From assembly GCA_002245135.1 (NCBI GenBank), contig NGBS01000874.1, positions 62,001-126,000 of the forward strand: a stretch of 64,000 nt of DNA, read 5' to 3'. This document shows, in pieces, positions 40,100-53,636 of this stretch (its first letter is position 1; every line of letters begins with the position of its first letter). The position numbers and the translations under genes are program-made. The notes beneath the pieces were generated by a model, which was not told the DNA's origin, searched no databases, and was given only the letters and a program-made list of their open reading frames with translations. This DNA comes from Proteromonas lacertae (taxonomy: Eukaryota).

Positions 40100-41902
40100 A
40101 TGCCTCGTATTGATTGCATTTATACTCTTTTCTAGTTTCAAAAAATCAACTAATCATAGCTGCAGTAGGCGGAACACTTGCTGTTGCTGGTATTGCAACG
40201 TATTACTTTTATTTTTTTTTATTTTAGAATTTTGTACCGTCGTCATAAGAAAAATAGTAAATCAAAAGAACAAAAATCGAATGATGAAAGAAAAACAATC
40301 GAACAACAAAATGTATAGTATTTAAATTAATACCAACAATAGGTTGAAGAAGAAGTTCCAGAGAGGATAGTGGAAAGCAGACCATCTGTAGCATCTACTC
40401 CAAAAGATAATTCAGCTGAATTAGAGCAATTAAAATCTGAAGCAATACAATTTTTCAAAAAGGGTAAATATGATGAAGCAATTAAAGCATTCACAAAAGT
40501 GTTAGAAGCACCAAATAGCACTGATAAAGACAGAGTGTTATATAATCGAGGATCTTGTTATGAACAACTTAAAGAATATGAAAAAGCAATTCAAGACTTG
40601 ACTCAAGCCGTTCAAATCAATAGAAAATACCAAAAAGCTTTCCAAAAGAGAGCAAAATGTTATGAACAATTAAATCAACTTGAAGAAGCTTTGGCTGATT
40701 ATAATATCGTTTATATCATTGGTTTAATAGATAATAAACAAGATATACCACCACAAATAGAAAAAATCTCCTTGCAAGTAGGTAAAAAACGAGCTGCAGA
40801 GAAGATTTTACTTCGAAATGAAAAAACAATAACTTATGAATTTCCACAAGAGCATAGTATTAGATTATATTTATCAGGATTTACTGAAAAACTTGAGCAT
40901 GACAAGCCAACCGAAAGTTTAGATGAATTAAATGAAATGATTGGTTTAGATCCAGATAGTGGTGATTTATATTACAATAGAGCTGTTATGTATTTAAGTG
41001 AAAAGAATTACGTTGAAGCTGAACAAGATTTCAGATTTGCTTTAGAAATGGATTCGCAATATAAAATAAAAGCCTTATTACAATTAACCATATTTTCAAT
41101 TGTAAAATGCAATTTCCTTCAAGCTCAAATATACACTGACCAAGGTTTAAAATTAACAAATGAGTGTAATACTGAAGATGATAAGAAATATAACAAAATG
41201 TTTATGTATTTCAATTCACAAATTAAATTTGAAACAAATAAACCTGAAGAAGGAATTGAATTATCCAATGCTTTAGTTGAAAAATATCCAACTTATCCCG
41301 ATGTTTATTTACAAAGAGCACAACACTATTTCTTAAAAGAAGACTTTAAAAACTGTCAAGAGAACTTAGAGAAAGCGATTGAATTAAATCCTAACTATGG
41401 AATGGCCTATTTTCAACTTGCACTTGTTGGTGTTAAGTTAGAAAAATATGAAGAAGCTTTGAAGAATTTTCAGAAAGCTGTTGAAGTGATTCCCGATCTT
41501 GGTTATGTTTATAATTTCTATTCAGAGTTTTTATTCTCTACTAATCAACTTGGATTGGCATTTAAGATGGTTGAGACTGGTATTGAAAAAGATCCTACTT
41601 TTCCTTTGAATTATTTAACAAAAGCTGCATTTATAGCTCAAACAGATCCTTCTAGACAAAGTGAGGTTAATGAATTATATAAGAAAGCTTTAGATATTGA
41701 TCCAACTTGTGTTGCATCCTATGAGAAATTAGCTATGTCATTTTTAATGGCAATGCAATGTGATGATGCAATAAGATATTTAAATAAAGCTGTTACATAC
41801 TGTAAGAATGATGCTGAATTAGAAGAGATTTATGCAAGCATGGTTTCTGCCGAAGGTAAGAAGGCTGCATTAGATTATGCATCAAAATTTTTATCCAACT
41901 AA
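40100..41902 (+). CDS. TOM70: Mitochondrial import receptor Tom70
   Basis: Spliced N-terminal anchor QLIIAAVGGTLAVAGIATILYRRHKK followed by a TPR clamp (LKSEAIQFFKKGKYDEAI) and a long TPR array. Confidence 0.85.
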
Positions 41903-41975
41903 ATACATATATTCTTTCTTATTTTGTGTTTTTATATTTTCGCGCCAAAACTATCAAACTTGTTTGAAAATAAAA

Positions 41976-42479
41976 ATGAATGAAAATAAAGATAAAATAG
42001 ACTATGCTGTAAAAATGAGAAAGGCTCTGTGCAAAGCTGATATGGTAGATAATGAGGGAATGATTAATAAGAAATATCATTTTTGTTAGTTTTTTTTATG
42101 TCTGTTTTCTTAATAGTTTCTACATATTTTAGAGGTAAAACAGAGTATGAATGGCATTTAGAACAAAATGAACTATTGAAAGATGCTATAGTGAATTTAG
42201 GTGTTGCAGATCTGCTGGATGATGTAGAGGGACCTTTCAAAGGATGTGTATAACTATATTTTATTATATTAAAACTAGCCAAGAGATGAGTTAAAAACTC
42301 ATATACAATTATTACTCAGAAAGCAAGACATATCTCAATATATTCAACAGAATTGGAAACCCACGATACAAGAGTTGGGAATAGAAATTGATAACAATAA
42401 AAAGAAGTGTAAATGTGTTAAAAGAGTAAGAGAAGTAATGATTAAGGGTTATGATGATCCAAACAATATATTGTTATAA
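41976..42479 (+). CDS. Small Myb/SANT-like protein
   Basis: Three exons; W..EQNELLKDAIVNLGV...ELKTHIQLLLRKQDISQY..W; the first intron is either AT-AC (42074-42123) or GT-AG (42085-42116). Confidence 0.6.
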
Positions 42480-42544
42480 TACTTTTTATTAGAAATTAAA
42501 CAATTTTCATATAACAACTAATAATTAGAATAAATATTAATAAA

Positions 42545-44982
42545 TTATATAAATTGGTTAATCATTTGTTTTTCTTTATCTGAAGGTAATTGTGCATATT
42601 CATAATAATCCATTTCATATCTTCCTTCTCCTTCAGTAATAGCTCTAAGCTGTTCACTATAACCAATCAATTCAGATAAAGGGACAATTGATTTGATTAA
42701 TGATTTGGGAGGTAAATTTGGATTAATTTCTATCACATCAACTCCTTCAACATATCCTCTTCTTCTTGATGTAATATCGCTGACAACATCTCCAATATAT
42801 TTATCACTAATTTCAATATTTAACTTCATCATTGGCTCATATAAATGAACATTTTTCATATTGTTTCTTAATGTTTCATTTATTGCATTTTGAGTTGTCA
42901 CTAAGAGTGATTGTGAATCACAATCTACTGGAATATTGCTCTTTGATTTATTTATTGTTACTTTAACGTTTGTTAATGGATATCCTAATACTGGACCTGT
43001 ATTTAATCCATTTGTTATTCCTTCAAACATGGTTTGATATAAATCTTGAGATAATAATTTCTTAAATGATGTAATATCTATTATATTGTTTGTTCCATTA
43101 TTATTATTATTATTATTAACATCTTTCTTTATTTCATTAACATCAATTGGTTCAATTTCAATATAAATAACAATATCATTATTCCTAATTGATTCAATAA
43201 ACTTATTCTTCCCTTCAATCTTCTTCACAACATGTTCTTTATATAAAACTTGTAATTTACCATAATAAGGATTCATATCATAACTGCGTTTCAGTTTATC
43301 TTTAATAATTTCTAAATGTAATTCGCCCATTCCTGATAATATGGTTTGATTTGTATTTCTATCAAAACTCACTCTAATGCTAGGATCTTCTCTGGTTATT
43401 ACTGATAAAACAGCATCTAATTCTCTTCGTAATGATTCTGATGGAGGTTCTATTGTGATACTGAAAACAGGTTCACATTTTTGAATTCCTTCTAATAAAA
43501 TTGGTGGATCATTCTATAATAATTAAAATAATAAATAATATATATTATAAATACAAATGGTATTAATGTATCTCCAGTATAAGTATTATTACATCCCATT
43601 ATTGCACCAATTTGACCTTCTTTCAATTCATTTATTTCTCTAGTAACATCTGCATTGATTGATAATAATCGTGTGATTTTTTCTTTCTTTTTTCTATTCA
43701 CATTATAAACCATTTGATTGGTTCTGATTGTTCCATGATACATTCTAATATAGACTAAACCACCTTTATATTTTTCATTTTGAATTTTAAAGACAAAAGC
43801 ACAAAATGAATTTGAATTATGTGGTTTGTATAACTGTTTTTCATTGTTATTTCGGATTGTAAATATAAATTGGAGGAATATCCAAAGGTGAAGGTAAATA
43901 TTTTACAATATTATCCAACAACAAATCAACACCAATATTTCTATAAGAAGATCCACAAATAACTGGAATTAGTTTTAATTTGTTATTCATTTCTTTTTCA
44001 TATTGATTGACTGTAATTTTTCTTATTTCCTTATAAATATCTGATGATGATAATTTTCCATCTTGTATATACAATTCAGTTAATTTATCACTATAAGAGG
44101 TTAAATCTTCAACTAATTGATCATAATATAAATCAATATCTTCACTATTGACAATATTATCTGTTAATTTTGGAGGTTGATTTTCTATTTCATAAACATA
44201 TGATTTTCTTGTAATTATATCCGTTATTTTATTGAATGTATTATCACATAAATGTGGATATTGTAATAGCAATGGTTTAACTCCTAATTTACTTCTTATT
44301 GAATGAAGCTATAAAAACAATAACAATATTATTATACACATTTCTTCAATGAACCTCCTTCTCTATCTAATTTATTAATATAAATAATTCTTGGAACTTT
44401 ATATTTATCAGCTTGTCTCCATACAGTTTCAGCTATATAAATATAATAATAAACATTAGAAATAATAATTCATACTTTGAGCTTGAACTCCATTCACTCC
44501 ATCAACAATAATTACTACACCATCTAATACTCTCATACATCGTTCAACTTCCATTGTGAAATCTACATGGCCTGGTGTATCAATTAAATTGATTATATAA
44601 TTCCTCCAATTCAATGACACTGCTGCAGAGTTGATTGTTATACCTCTTTCTCTTTCTGGTTCTAAGAAGTCTGTTACCTATTTTTAATTATAACATTAAT
44701 GTGTATACAGTATCTCCATCATCAACATCACCAGGGCTTGATATAAGACCAGCTAAATATAACATTCTTTCAGTAGTGGTTGTTTTACCAGCATCAATAT
44801 GAGCGCATAAGCCAATATTACGTATTATTTTCATATACTCCTTATTCTACCAAACATTAAAATTAAGTAATATACATTTTGAAGATAATTATGTTGACAA
44901 GAAGCATATAATGTTGGTGAAGCAAATTTTTTGCCTTAATCACCGAATTAACAAAGAATTTGTTGATATTTTTGATAAACAT
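42545..44982 (-). CDS. GFM2: Mitochondrial EF-G family GTPase, EF-G2/RRF2-like
   Basis: [37 protein letters not shown] and [10 protein letters not shown]; domain IV is divergent; one apparent +1 frameshift at 43847-43855. Confidence 0.85.
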
Positions 44983-45059
44983 GAAAAGACAGGCTTGTCA
45001 CAGCTCGTATCAATACACTAATACATATTGTTTTTATGTATTAAACAAAAAAGAAGAAT

Positions 45060-46045
45060 ATGTCAATATCTATAAAACTAGACAATTTTACTGCAAGATA
45101 CCAACGAGGAGTATAGTAATTATATATCATAATTAATAGGATTTTGTGAAAGGAGCTGCTATTTCACATTTAGAACAAGCAAACTATTTTACTTCATTAG
45201 AACTTGATGTTTTAGGAACTGTTAATTTTATTAATTCGTATTATATTGCTTTAATTAATTAATTTTTGTAGGAATATAAGATTTCCTGAAATAGAAGGTA
45301 ATAAACCCATCCCAATAGCAAATCAAATATTTTTTCAATATCACACAACTCTGCTAGAAAAGAATGTATTTAATAAATCTGAAACTCTTCCTTTTCAATT
45401 TTTATTCGATGTTCCAGAAACACAAGAACTATACAACACATATCATGGTCATTGCATAAGAATAGACTATATAATCAATATAACAGGAAGACGAAGGTTT
45501 TTTCAATCAATTCTAACTTCCAATAAAGAAATATATCTATACCAAGACCCACATCCTCCACCAGGCTTGTGTATCAAACCATATCAATATAAATTACACT
45601 CCAGACATATAAAGAATAACGATCAATCAGTCTACCTTCCAGATTTTAGAATTAATTTTTCAATTGATAATATCAATTTAATATCCACAAATTATGAGTT
45701 TTTAAATGGTATGTTCAATATAGAATTCACTGATTGTTCATTGGATTCAATAGTTATACATATAGTACAGCTTGAAACTGTATTTCTAAATTCACAAGAA
45801 TTCATTGAGAGTATATCATATATAGTATATTTATTAATATAGAAACAATATGTCAAAGTTTTGAAGTTATAACTGGTTCGGTTCCAATAAGGAAAGATAT
45901 TGGATTTACTTTTAATACATTAACTCCGCTAATATGTCCATATATTGAAACACCAACGTTTCAAATACATTTTTGTCTACGAGTTGATGTGACATTTGAA
46001 GATGGTACATTGTTTCATCATTATGTACCTCTTTCGATGTATTAA
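45060..46045 (+). CDS. VPS26C: Arrestin-fold protein, VPS26C/DSCR3-like
   Basis: LPFQF..LYNTYHGHCIRIDY, PDFRI..ID, SIVIHIVQLET and P.IETPTFQIHF; three introns. Confidence 0.7.
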
Positions 46046-46158
46046 TTTGTTATAATCTAACATCTTTTTTTTGTAATTTATTTATATATATTTGTATTAT
46101 TGATCCCAATAAATATAATCAATTAAAATAATATAACTAATTTATAAATAACAAACTA

Positions 46159-46601
46159 CTAATTCTCAACTTTGCTATTATCAATAATTTGTTCAAGTTC
46201 ATAAACACTTGGATCGAATAAACTATCCAAAAATCTATCACATATAATAATAAAATAGAATACTTTAACATTAAACAATAATTTTTATCATTACTTGGCA
46301 AATCGGGTGAATTTGGTGGTGAACTCGGTTGAGAAATATAATTTTCATTTTCTTCATCAGGTAATTCATCAATTTTAGGAAGTGATGGTGTTTTAAATGA
46401 TTTCCTTTCTTTTGTAATTAATTTAATCTAAAATCATTACATGCAAATTAAATATACGTGTTTTTCTGACAATTTTCTTTGTAACTCTCTTTCTTCAGAA
46501 ATCACATCTGTTTTGCTGAGTTTCAACTTTTTCATTTTATTACATATTGTATCAAATGATAAATTTTCATCTTTCAATTTTTTAATAGAGTGTTTCGTCA
46601 T
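46159..46601 (-). CDS. Small hypothetical protein
   Basis: Three exons splice in frame from ATG 46601 to TAG 46159 via ~30-nt GT-AG introns; absent from the ORF track. Confidence 0.6.
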
Positions 46602-46709
46602 TGTTATTTAAAAAAATGATCCTGTAATTCTTTAAATATTGACCGTAAAAATGTAATAGATCATAAAACACAAATAAAATGAATAATACATATACAATTA
46701 ATAGTAATA

Positions 46710-48187
46710 TTAGTAATTAGCAATTCTATTACATGCACTTCCATAATAATTATCATAACATTCACAGATCCCTTTTGATTCATCACAAATACCTTTTCCA
46801 CTACACTTCCAATTGACCTTGGACTGGAAAGCCAAGAGGATCTGTATTTGGATATTTATAAATGTTATATTGCCTGAACCAGTATGGCATCTCCCTTTAA
46901 TATCCAGTGGAAAAGATGGAAAGTTATTAGCAGTTAATCGATGATTAGAATAACAAGCAGCCTTATCATCTATTAAACTACGATATTTCATTAACCATAC
47001 TGCTTGTGATGCAGTGGATTGAAATGATCCATAAGTATTGTCATTATCATAACCACTTCCATCATTTTTCCATTTAGCTCTTTCAATACCATACAACAAA
47101 GCATTGTCTTTACTACCATTTTTATATACATTTAATTCCATCATTAATATTGGAGTAATATCAATATAATCTAATGTTAATATTACAGTAACAAAATTAC
47201 CATCTTGATAAGTATTTGATGTTTTTATTTTTTTAGTACTACCATCAATCTCTTCCTTTTTATCGCCTGAACATATTAATGTAATATTTACAGGAGTGAA
47301 ATATGGTAAATGTCTTAATTTCTTTTTCAATTCTTCTTTAAACAATATTCCTAAATCAACATTCAATTCATAAGGTGAAGATGAAGAACATAATCCTTCA
47401 TAAGAATCAATTGTTGGTGTTTTATATTTCATTCCATAATAATTAAATTCTAAATAATGAGATATAGTACCTCCATTTCCATTTGGAGGGTCAGTAGGTC
47501 TATTTTCAGAAGAATCCAATAATGTATAAGCAAACTGAAATAATGTTTGGTAATACTTCGGATCATATCCCTTATTACACACTCTCTTATCACAATAAAC
47601 TCCTTTCCATCCTTTATCACATAAACATCGATTATATTTCTTCAATTCCCAACTATTACTACCTTCTTCACCACCTGTTGCTATTTTTATATAATCATCA
47701 CTACTTACACAAATTCCATTTCCATTACAATCTTTTACTGAATCATTTGGACGACATTTACGACGTTGACATGCACTACCTTCAAAACCTTCATTACATT
47801 TACATAAACCTGTGAGTCTATTACACTTTCCAGCATTTGAACACTCTCTGTAAGAATGTGGTCTATCTTGTGTATCATTCTCATCCCATTCTTTTATTCC
47901 CATTCCATTTGGATATAATTCTGTTCTTACACGTGTTTTATCAATTACACCATCACCATTTAAATCTCCCAACGGACTTACTTGTAATGCTTCACCAAAA
48001 GGGCAAACTCCTATTAATTTTATTAAATAATATTCCTGGTCATACTATAAGAACAATCACTGTTATAATAGCCTGGATAACAACGACAAAAACCTTTCTC
48101 ATCACAATACCCATTTTCACAATCTTCAGTACATGATAGACCAATAGTGAAAGGAATTAAAAATACAGCTAACCATATAATAATCAT
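46710..48187 (-). CDS. Secreted EGF-like protein of the stramenopile tubular-mastigoneme family (Sig1/Ocm1-like)
   Basis: Signal peptide; CPFG....SPLGDLNGDG, H.YRECSNAGKCNRLTGLCKC.EGFEGSACQR and C.KG.DP motifs; single C-terminal EGF (CSGKGICD..G.CEC); intron 48011-48045. Confidence 0.8.
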
Positions 48188-48516
48188 TTCTAAAAGAACA
48201 TAATATAGGCTCGAATGTTTGCTTGATTAATAAAAAATCATTATATCTATATAGAATCAAATAATAATAAAAATAATCTTCGATATATCTTTATGAACAT
48301 TACATCAACTATTTGAGAACGAAAAACAACTATGACAAATATTGAGTAGAAAAAAAGTGTAGTATTTATAATATTAACACATTTGATATGACCTCAATTA
48401 ATTTATGTTTTCTTTAGTAATATTTACTATTCTTTTAAATACCTTTTCAAAATAAAGTCGTTTCAAAAAAAATCACAATTTTTAATTTTCATTTTCTCAT
48501 CCAATAATCCTCGTAG

Positions 48517-49556
48517 ATGGATGGGTCTAAAGGATCCACCTCGATAGGGTCTCATTCATCTCCATTTACAAATGGTAGTATAAGAAGGACAATGGTTCAT
48601 AATTCAAGTGTTGTTTTAACTACTGTGATTACCTCACAAAGAATAAGGGTAGAATCGCGTCAGTCTCTCCATTCTGTTCATCCTCCAAGAAATAATAGTG
48701 TAAGCCAGCTGAGTATGTCAGAAGGTGATTATAAACAGCTTACTTCAAGAAGTAGTGTTAAAAACCTGCTCATTTCGTTAGGTTCGGCAAGAAAGAACCA
48801 GCCTGCTTTAGATAGAAAAACAGAAGCTGCAATTCAAATTCAATCAGTCATAAGACGAATGTTGGTTATGAGATGGTATGAGAAGAAAGCTGACGATAGA
48901 AAGATGCAGAGAATAAACGTATTAGAAGATATAGCCAATGGAAGAGGAGGAATTCCAATGGAATTATATAACTCAAAGTCCTTTATCAGATACGTAGTTC
49001 CAGGAATAAAAAAAGACTATAAAATACTAATAGAAACATGTAGAGACAAAAATGTATAAATAGTTTTATTAATTTATTTGAATAGACTCCTAAACATATG
49101 AAGGATCGTATATTAACAATTTTATTTATGAGTTTATCAACTCCTTTAGATTATATAGATGATAATAAAATGGGAATATTATTGACAGATATATTATTAT
49201 TCCCATTTCACAAAACACAAATTTTTGAATTATCTCTCAATATAGACATACCTAAAACACCAATTTATTTGAGAACGTTTTTAAATTGGTTTTATCAATA
49301 TAATGAGATGTATCCAATTCAAAACAAAGGGTTGTTTAAGAAGATGTTTGAAACTGATCATTTTGATGATTTGCCTGATTTTTTTATTTATCATTTCAGT
49401 GAATTTAGATCTAGTTTATATGATGTTATTCTGACATTTAACAAAATTGACCAGATTAATCCTTGTCAGTTTAAATGTAAGAAGTGTTACAAACAGTTTG
49501 TGTATCCACTTGAATTGGGGAAACATATTGTACAATATCACAAGAAATGTAATTAG
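48517..49556 (+). CDS. IQ-motif / C-terminal zinc finger protein, paralog 1 of 5
   Basis: SSVKNLL, AAIQIQSVIRRMLV and CKKCYKQF..P.EL.KH; one intron. Confidence 0.75.
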
Positions 49557-49714
49557 ATGTAATGTATAGGATTTATTATAATTTATTTTAATGTAAATTT
49601 TGTTTTTTTATGAAATGAAATATATTCGTTTCATAGCTTTTCGTTACATTTTTTATTTTCATTTTTCGATTTTTTGGGACATATAAATAATATTTTGAAA
49701 GGTACACTTTTCTT

Positions 49715-50830
49715 ATGAGTATATATGATGATGACGATGAGGAAGACTATGATCCAAGAGAGTTCAGAACTTCCGTACAGATTTTAAATAACACAACAGG
49801 TAAAAGAACTGTAACACAAATAAAAATAAAACCCAGACATGAAAGCGAGAATTTTTCACAATGCTCAGGTTATGATAATAATAATTCTTACAAAGCGTTG
49901 AGTTCAGCATCTAGTGTTAAAAATTTACTTTTATATTATGGTTCAAGTTCTTCAAGAGCATTAGTATTATTATTAATTTATTACTAACGTTGGAATAGGG
50001 TAAAATCACTAAATCAAGAAAACCAACCAAGAATGAATATACACGTGATTCAGCTTGTATAAAAATACAACAAATAGTCAGAGGGTTCTTAATAAGGCGA
50101 AGATATGAAATAGCTTTTACTCAAAGAATTGTATATTTTTTTATTATTGTATTTTCAAATTAAATAGGATTCCAGAATGATTATAATGCATGATGCAATA
50201 TCTCGTAATGGTGGTGCACCTGATAGACTAAGGCCTTATTCACTAGAATATGATGATGTATCAAAAGCAGCAGATAGAGACTTGAGATTCTTAATATCCA
50301 AAATCATCGATCCAGCCAATGTAATAGATAAATCAACTGAAAGAATAATGTCAATATTATTCAACTGTACAAGTAGAAATGGTGAGTTTATAATGCCTGA
50401 TGAATTTGCAATCTTAGTATGTGATGTACTAGATTTACCTTACACTAAAACACAAGTTATGACTCCTGGACCAAATTGTATTGATTTTCCACAGTTTCCT
50501 TTGGATTTTAACAATTTATTTAATTGGTGGATTATGTACATTAGTACACATACTTTGAAAGTGAAGAATGATTCAGTTTTTAGTTTTACTAAACAGTTTC
50601 CTATTAATTTCTTATCAAAGTTTATTGAAATTAGAGCAACAATGTATGATGTTTTATTTTCATTGAATAAATTTGAAGAAACTAATAAACCATTGTTTCA
50701 ATGTAGGGTGTGTAAAAAAGAATTTGGTTCACCCAAAAAATGTGCTGAGCATGTGATTAAATGTGAAAAAGCAAAGAAGAAAAAGGAAGAAAGATTTAGA
50801 ATAAGATCTCCCAAAGAGCCAACTATATAG
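49715..50830 (+). CDS. IQ-motif / zinc finger protein, paralog 2 of 5
   Basis: SSVKNLL, ACIKIQQIVRGFL and CRVCKKEF..P.KC.EH..KC; two introns. Confidence 0.75.
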
Positions 50831-51076
50831 AAGAGCAATCAACTCAATTTTGTGTATTTTATCAATTTTCCTTTATTTTGTGACATATGTAACTTAGATA
50901 TTTTTTTGATTTTTGTTAATCATTATTTATTTTGTGTAATAAGGGTATTTGGTTTTTATATATGTTTTATGCAATATCATCATTTTAAATATGGGTGTAT
51001 GAATAAGAAACAAAATTATTTTTTGTTTTTTTAAGAATCACAAAGAAAAGGCTGGAGTTCGTTATAAAAAATAAAA

Positions 51077-52191
51077 ATGAATTCCTTCACAGTAGGAGAA
51101 AGTAAATATCTTTACGATAATAAGGAGCTGAAAAGAGGCAGCTTACCTGTCACTTTTGTTAGAACAATCCCTCTTACCCCACCTACTACTGAAAGAAAAA
51201 CTCATGTATCCGCTATTTCTGACACATCAAGAAGTATAACATACGTACAATCCCCAAAACCAATGAGTGAGAACTCTCAGACTACATATGACAGAATGAG
51301 AAGGCAGACGAATGTGAAGAACATTTTAATATCGTTATCCACCAATTTTACTCAAATAAAGAAGGTATTCCAATTAATCATATAAAATCATAGAAAAAAG
51401 TAATTCTAAAAAGGGATCCATACATAATAGTTCAATCTATAATCAGGCGGCATTTAGTTTTACATAAATACAAAGAAGCTGAATTAAACAGATTAATTAA
51501 CAGAAGTTTAGTTATTGAAGAGATATTTAATTTAAAGAAACGTAAAACTGTAGCTAACTATGAATGTACATTAGACAAAAAAACACATAAATTGATTTTA
51601 AAAGAAATTGTATTTCTAGTAAATCAAATAAAAGATTATAATGTATAATTTTCATATATATGTTGATATTATATAGACTAAAAATGATATGTGTGTTAGG
51701 ATGTTATTTCTGCTATATTCTTGTCTTTCTAACAGTGATGATAAAATGAGTATGTTCAATTATGCTACTCTATTATTTGATGTATTTCAATTCCCTGTCT
51801 CGAAGAAATTATATTTAGAAAAATCAGGAGTGGTCGTTCCTTACTCTTATTCGCCACATTGGTGTTCAAGAGACTTTGTTTCTTGGTTTCTAAGATGTAT
51901 TTTGCTAATATTAATCATGTATATTATATAGATAAAGAGTATCCTAGTTTTCCTAAAAGTACTATAAAATCATTGCCAAAGTCTTTTATAAATAGTAAAA
52001 TTGGAATTGATTTTATAAAAAAGTATTGTATGTGCAGGAGAAATTTATATGACTTAAAAATATCACTTGAGAAATATGATGGAGTTAATAAATGTACTTT
52101 TGTTTGTAGATATTGTCAGAAAGACTATGTTTTTCCTTTAGCTTGTGCAAAACATGCTTCTAAATGTCAAAATTCACAAAAGAGTCTGTAA
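51077..52191 (+). CDS. IQ-motif / zinc finger protein, paralog 3 of 5
   Basis: TNVKNIL, IIVQSIIRRHLV and CRYCQKDY..P..C.KH..KC; three introns. Confidence 0.7.
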
Positions 52192-52377
52192 ATTTAGTTA
52201 GTATTTTGTAAAAAAACGTATTTGTTGATTATAGTGTTTATATTTCTAAGTATTTTATTTATAATACTATATTAGAAAGGTGCAAATTTTAACAGTATAA
52301 ACGTTCTCACCTTTGTTTAAACACAGAAAAAATTGTTAACTCAAAACGGCTATAATTTTGTTAAACACTTTTCAAAA

Positions 52378-53428
52378 ATGATATCCTTCAAAGGACCAAT
52401 TCAATCAAGAAACAAATCATCAGAAAGCAATTATTCGACTATATTCTCTGCAAGCAGTAATGAAATGTCAGAAAACTTAAAAGATTCTTCCGATGTTTCT
52501 GTATTATGTAGCTCTTCAGTTGAAATAAAGGTTAAAAAGATATATGTATTTTCAAGATGTTATTCCACAACAAAGTCTCAAACAATAACAAACTTTGACA
52601 ATTCTCACCGATCTTCATATGAAGAAATGACTAAAGCATCAAAAATAAGAAATACATTGATTTCACTCCCATTTTTACATGTGTCTACAACTGTATATAT
52701 TAGCATTATAACAAATTATTTAGATCCCTTTGTATGTCCAAAACAATGCAGTTATTAAAATACAATCTCTGGTAAGGAGATATTTAACAATAAGAAAATA
52801 TTATTTATATGAAAAACAAAGGATAGCTAATAGAAATCAAATTATTGAAGATATTTTATCAAAAAGAAAAACTGTCAATAACGCTGAATTACCAAAATCT
52901 CAATTAGTAGTGTTGGAAAAAAGAGTTAGAATGTTAATCAACCAACTAAAATCACCTAATATATCAAAACAAACAGAAAAAAGAATATTATCATTGTTTT
53001 TCAACTGTGTTGCTAAAGGTGGTATTATTTCCTTGAGTGATTTAGTATTCCTGATATGTAATATTATCAATATTCCATGTACTAAATCAGAATTCTATAA
53101 TGTGTATGATAATAAAGCAAAATTCAGACCAACAGATAAGATAACCTTTATATCATTTTCACGATTGTTTACATTATATAAATCAACACATGTGATGAAA
53201 CAAAGACACTGGTATAATAAAATGGCTGATTATCTATTCAGTGAAGATATTCCTTCATCGTTTCTAATTAAATTTTACTCTTACCAGACTGTTATGTATG
53301 ATGTTATTTATTCACTACAAAAGTATGATTTAGTAAATCCAAAGTTATTTTCATGTGGTAAATGTAAATACTCATCAGTAACACCATTGGAACTAGTTAA
53401 ACATTCGTTACAAAAGCATTGTAGGTAG
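52378..53428 (+). CDS. IQ-motif / zinc finger protein, paralog 4 of 5
   Basis: SKIRNTL, AVIKIQSLVRRYL and CGKCKY....P.EL.KH...HC; one intron. Confidence 0.75.
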
Positions 53429-53636
53429 ATAGTTTCTTTCTTACAATTTTCACAATAATTGTTGTAGTATCTCGTGATTTTATTTATATATTTAAATCAT
53501 TTTTCTGTTTTTATTACATTTTGTGGAGTTGGTTTTTTAAACGTTTTTCTATTAATTTTTTGTATAACCAAAATTTCGAAAAACGGATAATTTTTTAGAA
53601 TGCCGTTTTGATATTTGTTTTATTTATTTATTAGAC

